Positions 27,537 to 37,897 of a DNA stretch of 64,000 nucleotides are shown in pieces. Origin of the DNA: Acidobacteriota bacterium (lineage in GTDB: Bacteria; Acidobacteriota; UBA6911; RPQK01; JAJDTT01); NCBI GenBank assembly GCA_965209055.1, contig OZ242374.1, positions 3,904,001 through 3,968,000 of the forward strand. Direction: 5' to 3'. The translations under genes were made by a program, and so were the position numbers. Every line of letters starts with the position of its first letter. Positions within the stretch are counted from its first letter, which is position 1. The notes under the pieces are model-generated. The model saw only the letters and a list, made by a program, of their open reading frames with translations, was not told where the DNA came from and did no database searches.

Positions 27537-29159
27537 ATGAGACGATTCACGATTCTGCTGGTTCCGGCGTCCCTTGCGGTTCTCTTCGGCACCGCCGATG
27601 ACACCTGTGCGGAGGGAGGCGAGAACTCCCTCAAGCCGTCTCCGGACGCCGCCCTCTACGCCTACGGCTACCATCAGCGCCCCTACCCGCTGGAACCGGG
27701 ACCCCATCTCTTCGTGGATTGGCGCTACGTCAATCCGGGCCATGTGACCTACAGGTACCGGGGGCAGCGGATCCAGCGGGATCGGCCCGAAGAATACGGC
27801 CCGGAGATCAACTCCAAGGTCGAGGGCCTTCCCCGGGATGTTCCCACCGGAATCCGGATCGAGGTGCAGACGGCGGGCAAGCTGGGACCCGTGATCAGCA
27901 ACGACCGGCCCTGGGAGTACTTCACGCCCTACGTCAACCTGATCCACCATGACGGGAAGTACATTCTCTTTTACAACACCACCACCTACCGGCTCGGCCG
28001 GAGCTCGGAAGGCTACATGGTCTGCTATGCCGAGTCCGAAGACGGCCTGAACTACCGCAAGCCGCCGCTGGGGCAGGTGGAGTTCCAGGGAAGCCGCCAG
28101 AACAACATCGTCCTGGGGCCGGGGGTCTGCAGGTACGGGATTCACGGTCCGGCCATCTTCGTGGATCCCACCGCCGAGCCCGACGAGCGATTCAAGGCCG
28201 TCTACCAGGCCGCCGTCGACCAGGCGACCGTCGAGCGGATGCAGGCCGCCCATCCCGAATCGGTGACTCCCGCCTCGAAAGACGGGACGGCTCTCATGGG
28301 GGCGGTCTCTCCGGACGGCATCCGGTGGCGGGAACTGGAGGAGCCGTTGATGGGCCACGTCAGCGACACCGGAACCACGGCCTACTGGGACGAACGTCTG
28401 GGCCGCTACGTGGGTTACTTCCGGATGGGGGTCTGGGGACGGCGCATGATCGGCCGCGCCGAAACCGCCGATTTCCGGCGCTGGCCCCGCCCGGAGATGG
28501 TTCTGGCCCCCGACCCTTCAGAGTCGGCGTGGGTCGACTACTACACCAACGGCAGGGCGTTCTACCCGGGCACGAGCACCATGCACCTCATGTTTCCCAT
28601 GATCTACCATCGCAACCTGGACACCAGTACGGTGCGGGTCGCCGCCAGCCTGGCTGGACGGATCTGGAACTTCCTGCCGGGAGGACCGGTCCTGAAGCCC
28701 GGGCCGGAGGGAGCGTTCGACGCCGGATGCCTCTTCCCCGGCGCCGGTCTGGCCGAAATCTCCGGAAACCGGGTCATCCTGCCCTACGTCGGATTCGCCG
28801 TCCCTCACAAGTTTCCCCGGCTGAGCCCCCTGGGAGAGATTGCTTTCGCCGTCTGGCCCAAGCAGCGGCTCAGCGCCCTGGTGGCGGACGAGGAGGGGAG
28901 GTTCGTCACGAACCCCCTCTCCAGCCGTGGAAAGTCCCTCTGGCTTAATTTCGACACGGGCCGGAACGGATCCGTGCAAGTGGAGGTGGTTGGCGTGGAG
29001 GGCAGAAGCCTGGCCGAGTGCGATATCCTGTCTGGTGACCGGCTCTCGAAGCAGGTGACCTGGAAGGGGCGTCCGGATCTGGGAGTCGATCCGGGTCAAG
29101 CCTTTCGCCTGCGGTTCCAACTGCGAGGCGCCAAGCTCTTCGCCTTCGAGATGCGTTGA
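27537..29159 (+). CDS. Secreted beta-propeller protein, glycoside hydrolase-like (GH32/43-like)
   Basis: Asp-box motifs (YAESEDGLNY, SPDGIRW); KPPLGQVEFQGSRQNN; paralogous to 32756-34507. Confidence 0.6.
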   Translation: MRRFTILLVPASLAVLFGTADDTCAEGGENSLKPSPDAALYAYGYHQRPYPLEPGPHLFVDWRYVNPGHVTYRYRGQRIQRDRPEEYGPEINSKVEGLPRDVPTGIRIEVQTAGKLGPVISNDRPWEYFTPYVNLIHHDGKYILFYNTTTYRLGRSSEGYMVCYAESEDGLNYRKPPLGQVEFQGSRQNNIVLGPGVCRYGIHGPAIFVDPTAEPDERFKAVYQAAVDQATVERMQAAHPESVTPASKDGTALMGAVSPDGIRWRELEEPLMGHVSDTGTTAYWDERLGRYVGYFRMGVWGRRMIGRAETADFRRWPRPEMVLAPDPSESAWVDYYTNGRAFYPGTSTMHLMFPMIYHRNLDTSTVRVAASLAGRIWNFLPGGPVLKPGPEGAFDAGCLFPGAGLAEISGNRVILPYVGFAVPHKFPRLSPLGEIAFAVWPKQRLSALVADEEGRFVTNPLSSRGKSLWLNFDTGRNGSVQVEVVGVEGRSLAECDILSGDRLSKQVTWKGRPDLGVDPGQAFRLRFQLRGAKLFAFEMR

Positions 29160-29197
29160 GCCCGGCGGTTGTTCGGAAACCCTGGAGGTTGAATTCC

Positions 29198-31960
29198 ATG
29201 AAGACACTGGCCCTCATGATCTCTCTGGCCCTGGTCTGGCCCGGCGTCGCCTTCCCTGCGAAGAGCGCCGACGGCTCCATGGCGTCTCAGATCGACATCC
29301 CTTTCGAGAAGTTCGTCCTGCCCAACGGCCTCACCCTCATCGTCCACGAGGACCACAAGGCGCCCATCGTGGGCGTGAACGTCTGGTACCACGTGGGGTC
29401 CAAGAACGAGAAGCCGGGACGGACGGGCTTTGCCCACCTCTTCGAGCACCTCATGTTCAACGGGACGGAACACTGGCCCGGCGAGTTCTTCGAGCCCTTG
29501 GAGGAGGTGGGCGCCACCGGCATGAACGGCACCACCAACGCCGATCGCACCAACTATTTCGAAAACGTTCCCAAGAACGCGCTGGACCTGGCCCTGTGGC
29601 TGGAGTCGGACCGCATGGGCCATATGCTGGGCGCCATCTCCCAGGAGAAGCTGGACGAGCAGCGCGGCGTGGTCCAGAACGAAAAACGCCAAGGGGAGAA
29701 TCAACCGTACGGCCGGGCCTGGACCCTCCTGACCGAAAATACGTATCCGGCGGGCCATCCCTATTCCTGGACCACCATCGGTTCCATGGAGGATCTGGAC
29801 GCCGCCGAGCTGGACGACGTCAAGGAATGGTTCAAGACCTATTACGGCGCCGCCAACGCGGTGCTGTCCATTGCCGGCGACGTCGACGCTCAGGAGGTGA
29901 AGAAGAAGGTCGAGCACTACTTCGGAGACATCCCCTCCGGTCCTCCGGTGGACAAACAGGAAGCCTGGATCGCCAAGATGACGGGGACCCACCGGCAGCA
30001 GATGCAGGACCGCGTCCCCCAGGCCCGGATCTACCGGGCCTGGAACGTTCCCCAGTGGGGCACCCGGGAAGCGGCACTCCTGGACCTGGTGGCCGATATT
30101 CTGGGCGGAGGCAAGACCTCACGGTTCTACAAACGGCTGGTCTACCAGGACCAGATCGCCACGGACGCGTCCAGTTTCCTCTACGCCCGGGAATTGAGCG
30201 GCCGATTCCAGGTGATGTCCACGGCTCACCCGTCGAAGACACTGGGTGAAGTGGAGCGGGCCCTGGCCGAAGAGTTGGAGAAACTCATTCAGGAGGGGCC
30301 CACCCAAGCCGAATTGGATCTGGCCAGAACGCAGACGTTTGCCAGTTTCGTAAGGGGCCTGGAACGGGTCGGCGGGTTCGGCGGCAAGTCCGACATCCTG
30401 GCGTCCAACGAGGTCTACGGCGGTTCTCCCGATACCTACAAGAAATATTTCCGGTACCTGGAGGAAGCGACTCCGGAGGCCCTCCGCGACGTGGCTCGCG
30501 ACTGGCTGTCCGACGGCGACTTCATCCTGGAAGTTCACCCGTTCCCCAAATACTCGACGGCTGATTCGGGAGCCGATCGGGACCGGTTGCCCGACGTGGG
30601 CGAGCCGCCGCCCGCCGAGTTTCCCCGCCTCCGGAAGGCGACCCTCTCCAACGGTCTGAAGGTAATTCTGGCCGAGCGTCACGCGGTGCCCGTCATCAAC
30701 TTCAGGTTGCTCATGGATGCCGGCTATGCCGCCGATCTGGGCGGACTGGCGGGGACAGCCAACCTGGCGGCGGACATGATGGACGAAGGGACTTCGACCC
30801 GGAGCGCGCTTGAGATCAGCGAGGAAGCGGCCCGTCTTGGGGCCAACATCGGCAGCACCGCTTCCCTCGACGACTCGACGGTCTCACTGTCGGCGCTCAA
30901 ATCGAATCTCGCCGAGTCGCTGGATCTCTATGCCGACGTGGTCTTGAATCCCTCCTTCCCGGAGAAAGAGCTGGAGCGGCTCCGGAGCCAGCTCCTGGCC
31001 CGAATCCAACGGGAGAAGGTCAGTCCCGTTCCCATGGCTCTGCGGGTGATGCCCAAGCTGATTTACGGACCCGATCACGCCTACGGGAACCCGCTGACCG
31101 GATCCGGAACCGAAGAGTCGGCGAAGGCCATCACCCGGGACCAGCTCAAGGATTTCCACGCCACCTGGTACCGGCCCAACAACGCCACCCTGATCGTGGT
31201 GGGGGACACGACCTTGGCCGAGATCCAGCCTCATTTGGAGCGGGTCTTCAAGGCTTGGAAAAGCGGACCGGTTCCGGAAAAGAAGGTCGGGCGAGTGGAC
31301 CACCACACCCGGTCCCAGGTCTACCTCATGGACCGGCCCGGATCTCAACAGTCGCTGATCTTCGCCGGGCACGTGGCGCCGCCCACCAACAATCCCGACG
31401 AGATCTCCCACATCACCATGAACCGCATCATCGGCGGCAGCTTCACCTCCCGCATCAACATGAACCTGCGGGAAGAAAAGCACTGGTCGTACGGGGCACG
31501 GACTCTCCTTTACGGCGCCCGGGGCCAGCGGCCCTTCATCGTCTACGCGCCGGTTCAGACGGACAAGACCAAGGAATCCGCAGCGGAGATTGATCGGGAG
31601 CTACGGGAGTACCGGGGAGAGCGGCCCGCCACGGCGGAGGAGCTGGACCGGGCCAAGAAGGCCCAGACGCTCAGCCTTCCCGGACGGTGGGAGACCTCGG
31701 GTGCGGTGGGAAGGACCATCGCCGAGATCGTCCGCTACGGGCTGGCCGACGACTACTACCGGACCTACTCCGGCAAGGTCCGGGCGCTTGACATCCCGGC
31801 CATCCAGGCGTCCGCCAACCAGGTGATTCGGCCGGGCCAGTTGGTGTGGGTCATCGTCGGCGACCTTTCGAAGATCGAGGAGGGGGTCCGGGAGCTCAAT
31901 CTCGGGGAAGTGAAACGGCTCGACCAGGACGGTAATTTGATCGACCCTGCCGGGTCGTAG
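29198..31960 (+). CDS. M16 family zinc protease (two-domain)
   Basis: GFAHLFEHLMF (HxxEH), NGTT.DRTNY, second domain with LREEKHWSYG; signal peptide. Confidence 0.93.
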   Translation: MKTLALMISLALVWPGVAFPAKSADGSMASQIDIPFEKFVLPNGLTLIVHEDHKAPIVGVNVWYHVGSKNEKPGRTGFAHLFEHLMFNGTEHWPGEFFEPLEEVGATGMNGTTNADRTNYFENVPKNALDLALWLESDRMGHMLGAISQEKLDEQRGVVQNEKRQGENQPYGRAWTLLTENTYPAGHPYSWTTIGSMEDLDAAELDDVKEWFKTYYGAANAVLSIAGDVDAQEVKKKVEHYFGDIPSGPPVDKQEAWIAKMTGTHRQQMQDRVPQARIYRAWNVPQWGTREAALLDLVADILGGGKTSRFYKRLVYQDQIATDASSFLYARELSGRFQVMSTAHPSKTLGEVERALAEELEKLIQEGPTQAELDLARTQTFASFVRGLERVGGFGGKSDILASNEVYGGSPDTYKKYFRYLEEATPEALRDVARDWLSDGDFILEVHPFPKYSTADSGADRDRLPDVGEPPPAEFPRLRKATLSNGLKVILAERHAVPVINFRLLMDAGYAADLGGLAGTANLAADMMDEGTSTRSALEISEEAARLGANIGSTASLDDSTVSLSALKSNLAESLDLYADVVLNPSFPEKELERLRSQLLARIQREKVSPVPMALRVMPKLIYGPDHAYGNPLTGSGTEESAKAITRDQLKDFHATWYRPNNATLIVVGDTTLAEIQPHLERVFKAWKSGPVPEKKVGRVDHHTRSQVYLMDRPGSQQSLIFAGHVAPPTNNPDEISHITMNRIIGGSFTSRINMNLREEKHWSYGARTLLYGARGQRPFIVYAPVQTDKTKESAAEIDRELREYRGERPATAEELDRAKKAQTLSLPGRWETSGAVGRTIAEIVRYGLADDYYRTYSGKVRALDIPAIQASANQVIRPGQLVWVIVGDLSKIEEGVRELNLGEVKRLDQDGNLIDPAGS

Positions 31961-31981
31961 CCACGGTTTTCGGGAGGGAGT

Positions 31982-32683
31982 ATGAAATTCGGATGTCCGG
32001 CGGCTTTACTGCTCATCTCCATCGGGTGCGGGGGGATGGAATCGATGCCGACGACCACGGAGCGGATCAACACTTTCGACGCCGGCCGGGAGAGCTGGCA
32101 GATCTACGACTACAACGGCGGAAGCGGCAACGAGAACGTCTTTTTCCTGACCAGTTGGGAAGAGACCGGTGGGGTGGGGAATTCCGGCTATGTCTGGGGG
32201 GACGACTCCCGGTGGCGGATCGATACCCCGGAGGACCCCCATTCGATCCTGCCTCTGATCCTCTATCACCGGTGGATTGCCGAGGACCTGGAGGAAGGTC
32301 CGAGTACGACTCCCCGGCCCACGGGATTTCGCCAGGAGGAAGCCCTCGACCTGCGGGGCGCCCGCGTGTCGGTTCACCTTCGAGGCGACGACCTGGATCT
32401 GAAGGGCGCCCGGTGCTTTTTCTGGGTCCACTCCGGCGGCACGCGGTGGCACTACACAGGCCGGCCTCTCAAGATCCAGCAGGGGGAATGGGGCCCGCCC
32501 GAGCACTTCGTCCTGGTCAACGACGAATCGCTCTGGCACCGGAGTTGGGCCCCGTCCATGACCTCCCTGAACGATCTGCTCAAGAACAGCGCCAGCTACG
32601 GGTTTTCTTTCGTAGGGTTCTCGGAAGAGGTGACGGGTAAGCTCTCCATGGACCAGTTCGAACTCCATCTGGCGGGTCGGTAG
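31982..32683 (+). CDS. Hypothetical lipoprotein
   Basis: RBS GGAGGGAG; lipobox-like SIGC; Trp-rich. Confidence 0.65.
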   Translation: MKFGCPAALLLISIGCGGMESMPTTTERINTFDAGRESWQIYDYNGGSGNENVFFLTSWEETGGVGNSGYVWGDDSRWRIDTPEDPHSILPLILYHRWIAEDLEEGPSTTPRPTGFRQEEALDLRGARVSVHLRGDDLDLKGARCFFWVHSGGTRWHYTGRPLKIQQGEWGPPEHFVLVNDESLWHRSWAPSMTSLNDLLKNSASYGFSFVGFSEEVTGKLSMDQFELHLAGR

Positions 32684-32755
32684 CCCGCTCTTCTTTGGTG
32701 AATCGTTACTCCGGAGTTCGGCGGTTGGAAACCGCCGCTTCGCATCGCCGCTACT

Positions 32756-34507
32756 TTATTTCTTGTTGCGAATCGATTCCTGCATCCGCTTCCCGAAGTC
32801 CTCCCGGCCTCCGGCGGGGTTGGACTGGTGGCGCGGATGTGGGGGAACCCCCATCGCCGGCTCGTTGGAGTCGCGGCCCCAGTGACCGGACCGGTGAGTG
32901 ATCACGTCCAGCCAGCGGGCGTTGGCCTGGCGCCGGGCCAGATCGCCGTCGGGATCGGGCAGCGTGTAGGTGTAGGAGTAGAGCTTCGCCCGCTTGAGAT
33001 ACAGCTTGAGGCAGACTCCGCCGTACTGTTCCACGCTCAGATCGTAGGGAGACCGTCCGCTTTTCCAGGTCAGCTTCTGGGCGATTCCGTCTGACGTCAA
33101 TGGAACCGAATCGGCCCGGGTGAAGTCCTGGATCGGTTCCCCGTAGGGCGTGACCAGCTCCGCCTCGATGGAGCCGCCCTCGGCGTCGGCGTTTACCAGG
33201 ATCTCGTAGGCCGGACCCCACGGCTTGGTCATCAACCAGCCCTCTTCTTCTCCGGCGTCCAGGGAGATCCAGTGGTCCTCGGGCATGCGGGCCACCATCA
33301 GCACGCACAGGTCACGGGTCCCTTGGGACAGGTCGTAGGAGAGCCAGTCCCACCAGGTGTGGTTCAGGCGGCTGGCCGTGTAGTAGATCCAGGTCTCGCC
33401 GTCGCGCACCAGGGGGTTCTCGGCCGGGTAGAGCATGCCGCCGTCCTGGTCGCCCGGCTTACCCACAGGCACCACCGGCGAGCGGTCGTCGGGACGATGC
33501 CACGTTCTGCCGTCGCGGCTGTAGGCCAGGGAGATTTCCAACTGGCCCACCTTGCCCCGGGGGTAGTCGGGCGGCTTGTGGTAGGCGCCGTAGGTGGGGG
33601 CGAAGGGATGAACGTAGTAGGGATTGATGATGCCCAGGAAGAAGTTCTCGTAGCGGAAGACCGGCATGTCGTAGATGTTGTAGAGCTCCGGCGGGTCCAG
33701 ATCGTCGCCGGCCACCAGGACGCGGCCCGTGTCCTCCCAGTTCACCAGGTCGTAGCTCTCGTACTGCGAGATGTCCCGCGGAGCGTTGGGTACCCGCCTG
33801 GTCATTAGAACGTATTTCCGGCGGTCCGGGTCGTAGAAGAGGGTGCAGTTGTCGTCGCTGATGCCACGTATTACCGGGTTGACGTGGCGGGGACGCTGCC
33901 AGTGCAGTCCGTCGTGGGAATAGGCCAGGTTCAGCGCCGAGTGGTGCCGGGCCCAGAGCGACTCTTCACCGAAGGTGTTGAAGATCATCTTGTAGCGGCG
34001 GGCGGCGATGTCGCTGGGGTCTTTGATGATGGAGTAGACGAATGTCCGCTTGAAGTCGATGACCATGTTGTGCTCGCGCGAACCGTTCACCTCCACCAGG
34101 CCCAGTTTCGGTTTCTCCCAGTTGAGTCCATCCCGGCTGACGGCGTAGGCCACGCCCCGGGGACCGTCGGACGTCTCCCCCTTCCAGCGCATGAGCGTGT
34201 ACCACATCTTGAAGATCTGCTCTTCCTCGTCGTACATCACCGAGACGTAGTTGAGCATGTCCCGTTCCGTCTCCCAGGGGGCGTCGAGACGCAGCACCGG
34301 ATCCTTGTGCTTGGCCGCCTGATTCACCTTGCGTCGCAAGTTGTGGTGCTCCACCAGGGGGTCGTCGTCGATGAGGAGAAACTTGTAGCGGGCGAACTGC
34401 CGGTCCGGACTCGCAGCCGTTTCAGCAGTAGCCGTGTTTCCGCCAAGGAACGCCGCCGAGACCAGAATCGAGAGCACACTGCGACGGATGCGGGAGAGTG
34501 GGAGCAT
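32756..34507 (-). CDS. Secreted beta-propeller protein, glycoside hydrolase-like
   Basis: YAVSRDGLNWEKPKLGLVEVNGSREHN, SHDGLHW, SRDGRTW; downstream of the TonB receptor. Confidence 0.6.
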   Translation of the reverse strand: MLPLSRIRRSVLSILVSAAFLGGNTATAETAASPDRQFARYKFLLIDDDPLVEHHNLRRKVNQAAKHKDPVLRLDAPWETERDMLNYVSVMYDEEEQIFKMWYTLMRWKGETSDGPRGVAYAVSRDGLNWEKPKLGLVEVNGSREHNMVIDFKRTFVYSIIKDPSDIAARRYKMIFNTFGEESLWARHHSALNLAYSHDGLHWQRPRHVNPVIRGISDDNCTLFYDPDRRKYVLMTRRVPNAPRDISQYESYDLVNWEDTGRVLVAGDDLDPPELYNIYDMPVFRYENFFLGIINPYYVHPFAPTYGAYHKPPDYPRGKVGQLEISLAYSRDGRTWHRPDDRSPVVPVGKPGDQDGGMLYPAENPLVRDGETWIYYTASRLNHTWWDWLSYDLSQGTRDLCVLMVARMPEDHWISLDAGEEEGWLMTKPWGPAYEILVNADAEGGSIEAELVTPYGEPIQDFTRADSVPLTSDGIAQKLTWKSGRSPYDLSVEQYGGVCLKLYLKRAKLYSYTYTLPDPDGDLARRQANARWLDVITHRSGHWGRDSNEPAMGVPPHPRHQSNPAGGREDFGKRMQESIRNKK

Positions 34508-34549
34508 GGAGTGGTCCTCCTTCGTTCTGTTTGAAAATGATGACTCGAG

Positions 34550-37500
34550 TCAGAAGTAAAACTTCAGGGCCAACTGGATCTGCCGGGCGGCCAGCGTTTG
34601 GGCCAGGACGCCAAAGCCGGCGGTTCCGTAGAGGAGAGTCTGCTGCCTCGCGTTGACCACAAAGTTGGGCCGGTTGGTGGCGTTGAAGGCTTCCACCCGG
34701 GCCTCCAGCCGTTGAGTCTCGGCCAGACGGAAGGTCCGGCGCAGGGAGATGTCCAGGTTGAAGAGGCCGGGGGCCTCGACGACGCCGCGGCCGGAGTTTC
34801 CATATTCAAACGCTGCCGGCAGAGCGAACGCGCTGGTGTCGAACCAGCGGGCGGGAGTCCGCTCGTGGCCGGGCAGATTCGCGTCCCGGATGCGGTCCGG
34901 CCACTGGGACGCTTCCGACCCGGCGTCCAAGGGGTCGCCGGGCAGAGAGACCGTGCGCCAGCCGCCCTCCTGGAAATTGGCGATGGCCCGGATCGACCAT
35001 CCCCTCAACAACTGTGAGGCCAAGCCGCTCTGGAGCAGAGTCCGGTTGGGGCCAAAAGGCAGATCGAATCCGCCCGAAAGCATCAAACGCACCGGAATAT
35101 GGAAGTCCGCCACTCCCCGGGTCGCCTCCAGAGGCAGATTGCGGGACCGGTAAATTCGCCGGGAAGTGTATCCGGTCGTTCCCCCTCCGGTCTGAATCAG
35201 GCGCGACCAGCTCAATGAGGCCAGCAGGTACAGGCCGTCGGCGCCCGCGGCCTTTTCCACCTGGAAGTGCATGCCCTGGTACCAGGAATCGCCGGCTGCA
35301 AACGGGAAATAAACCGCTTGAAGATGAGGCCAAGGCCGCCGAAGCTGCCGGTCTCCGGTCCCCGGAACCGCGTCGTTCCAGGAGACCGTCTCCAGGAGAT
35401 CGGTCGATCGGGAGCCATGGTAGCCGGTGTCCAGCAGCCAGCGGGAAGTGAATTCGTGCTGGAGGCTGAGGCCCCAGGAATGGGTCCGGGACAAGGGCAG
35501 GGGAGTCTGGAATCCGTAGTGGTCGGGAACGGCCGCGTCCCGGTTCTCGTCGGGAAACGGGTCCGACAAGCGCAGGGAAGGGATCTCCAGAGGGCTGTTG
35601 AAAATGAGCCGTTCGGCTCCGGGCCGGGGATTCCGGCTCAGGCGGAGAATCATGTTCAGGTCCGGCTCGTTGCCATGAAGACCGTATCCGGTGCGCAGAA
35701 CGGTCTTGTCCGCCAGGCGAAGCGACAGGCCCAGGCGCGGCAATATTCCGTCCAGAGGGTTCCATCGGACCAGTGGATAGTTGGGTTGGAAGCGGCCCGT
35801 TTCCCAAGGTTTCAGATCCAGCTCGAGCAAGGCGGGGACCGTCTGTCCGGTCAGGGGATCCAGGTTCGACATGAAGCCCCGCCTTTCCCTCCATGGCAGC
35901 CGCAGCTCGTAGCGCAGGCCCAGGTTCAGCGTCAGCCGGGGGCCGGCCTTCCAGGTGTCCTGCAGGTAGAGGTAGTAGCTGTCCTGATGGAATCGCCCCC
36001 GGGAGCCCTCCCCTCCCAAACGGCTTTGAGACACGTAGCCCAGCAGAAAATCGGCGAAACCGTTGCCCGTATACCGGTCGAAGAAGTTGAACCGGCTGCG
36101 ACGGGACGTCACGTAAAGGTTGTAGTGCCGGCGGAAGTGGATGCCGGTTTTCAGGGAATGGTCTCCTTCCACCACCGTCAGGTCTTGATTCGCCTGCCAG
36201 TTGCCCAGGCTGCTGGGGCCGAGGAAGGAATAGTCGCCGATTCTGGTGTAACCCTGGATCTCGACGATGGGCACCCCGATTCGATCCACGTCGCTCTGCA
36301 GGAGTTCCCGAATTCCCAGATCCAACTCCCTGGCGTGGGAGGATATCCGGGACTTGTAGGGACGGCGGAACCAATGGAGGCTGGTCACGGCCTGGACTCT
36401 CGGGCTCAGGCTGCGAGTGTGGGAAAGGGACTGTCCCAATGTGGCCAAGGGGTGGCGGGTGGAGAAGATGCTGATGGGCTGGGTCGAGGTCCAGTGGTTG
36501 GTGTCCAGGACGAAACGTCCGGCCCAACGGCTCACGTCGGATTGTTTCACGTCGATGCGGGCGATGACCTGCGAATTGTCCAAGGGACTGTGGGAGTCGG
36601 GACTGGTGAAGTTCAGGGCTCCGGGTGTGTTGGGTTCGGGCCAGTAACGGAGGAGTTTCAAGGCGACGGGGTCCAGCCGATTTGCCGGGATCCGGTTTTC
36701 CGGGAAAGAGCCTCCCGTCAACGGGTCCCGGATGGGAACGGCGAACCGGCCCTGTTTTTCGCCGGCAGTCGGGACCACTCCGGTGAGAGGCTTGGTCTCC
36801 CGGATCGCACGCAACTGGTAGGAGACGAAGAACCAGGCCCGGTCCCGCCCGTTCAGCAGGCCGGGAAAAAGAAGGGGTCCTCCGAGAGTGGCCCCCAACT
36901 GGTTGCGCTTGAACTCCGCCTTTCGCTGCTCGAAGAAATTGCGGGCGTCCAGGTTGTCGTTCCGGTGAAACCAGAACCAGCCGCCGTGGAATTCGTTTGT
37001 GCCGCTCTTGGTCACCGCCACGATCTGGCCTCCGGGCCGGATGCCGAATTCCGCGGAATAGAGCCCGGTCTTGACATCGAATTCCCTGAGGGCGTCGGTG
37101 CTGGCGTTGAAGGAGGGGGTTCCGTCGCCGTGAGTGAAGAGGGTGCCGTCGATGAAGATCAGGTTGTCCTTGCGCCTCATGCCCAACACTTTGACGCTGC
37201 GGCTGCGGCTTTCGTGGCTGGTCGCGGCCCCGGCCGCCAAGGTGACCAACTGGCCCACGTCACGGGTATTGACCGGCATGCTCTCCAGCTTTTCCTGGTC
37301 GATCAGTTGCCCCCGGTCCTCCCGGCCGGTCCCCGCCAGCACCGTACCGCTGCGGATCGACTGCCGGATCCCGGGATCTCCGGGGACCAGGAGAAAATCT
37401 TCCTCACGAATCTGTTCCACGAGAAGCCGAATGTGGGTTCGGACCTGGGTTTCGTAGCCTGGGAGCGACGCCGTAATCTCGTAGTGGCCGGGAGGCAGAC

Positions 37501-37777
37501 CGCTTCGCCGGTAGTTTCCGTTGGCGTTGGTCAGCAGCAGGAAGGCCTCGTTGGTGTCGACGCGGTGGATTGCCACCTCAACTCCGGCCGCGGCCTCGCC
37601 GTTTTTCTTGCCCACGTGCCCCACCAGGGTTCCGGTGCCCATCTGGGCCAGAGCCTCACCGGGACTCGAGAAGAGAAAGGCGGGCAGTAGAGCCAGGAGC
37701 CGGAGCTGCTGCGCGCGCCGGCGGACGAACGCCGCTGCACGACCGGAGCGCTGCGTAAACCGCATCTGGGGAATCAT
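34550..37777 (-). CDS. TonB-dependent receptor (Oar/carboxypeptidase-regulatory-like N-terminus)
   Basis: VTKSGTNEFHG, LDARNFF, YLQDTWK...LTLNLGLRYE, C-terminal RQIQLALKFYF. Confidence 0.92.
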   Translation of the reverse strand: MIPQMRFTQRSGRAAAFVRRRAQQLRLLALLPAFLFSSPGEALAQMGTGTLVGHVGKKNGEAAAGVEVAIHRVDTNEAFLLLTNANGNYRRSGLPPGHYEITASLPGYETQVRTHIRLLVEQIREEDFLLVPGDPGIRQSIRSGTVLAGTGREDRGQLIDQEKLESMPVNTRDVGQLVTLAAGAATSHESRSRSVKVLGMRRKDNLIFIDGTLFTHGDGTPSFNASTDALREFDVKTGLYSAEFGIRPGGQIVAVTKSGTNEFHGGWFWFHRNDNLDARNFFEQRKAEFKRNQLGATLGGPLLFPGLLNGRDRAWFFVSYQLRAIRETKPLTGVVPTAGEKQGRFAVPIRDPLTGGSFPENRIPANRLDPVALKLLRYWPEPNTPGALNFTSPDSHSPLDNSQVIARIDVKQSDVSRWAGRFVLDTNHWTSTQPISIFSTRHPLATLGQSLSHTRSLSPRVQAVTSLHWFRRPYKSRISSHARELDLGIRELLQSDVDRIGVPIVEIQGYTRIGDYSFLGPSSLGNWQANQDLTVVEGDHSLKTGIHFRRHYNLYVTSRRSRFNFFDRYTGNGFADFLLGYVSQSRLGGEGSRGRFHQDSYYLYLQDTWKAGPRLTLNLGLRYELRLPWRERRGFMSNLDPLTGQTVPALLELDLKPWETGRFQPNYPLVRWNPLDGILPRLGLSLRLADKTVLRTGYGLHGNEPDLNMILRLSRNPRPGAERLIFNSPLEIPSLRLSDPFPDENRDAAVPDHYGFQTPLPLSRTHSWGLSLQHEFTSRWLLDTGYHGSRSTDLLETVSWNDAVPGTGDRQLRRPWPHLQAVYFPFAAGDSWYQGMHFQVEKAAGADGLYLLASLSWSRLIQTGGGTTGYTSRRIYRSRNLPLEATRGVADFHIPVRLMLSGGFDLPFGPNRTLLQSGLASQLLRGWSIRAIANFQEGGWRTVSLPGDPLDAGSEASQWPDRIRDANLPGHERTPARWFDTSAFALPAAFEYGNSGRGVVEAPGLFNLDISLRRTFRLAETQRLEARVEAFNATNRPNFVVNARQQTLLYGTAGFGVLAQTLAARQIQLALKFYF

Positions 37778-37897
37778 TTGTCGACCGTGGCATCTCCGCG
37801 GCGCCGTTTCGCACTGTGTGACGGCGAGCGAAAACCGCGCGTCAGTCTACCACGCAGGGGGTGCGGTTCCGGTGCGGACAGCTCCCGGCCGGCCGCT

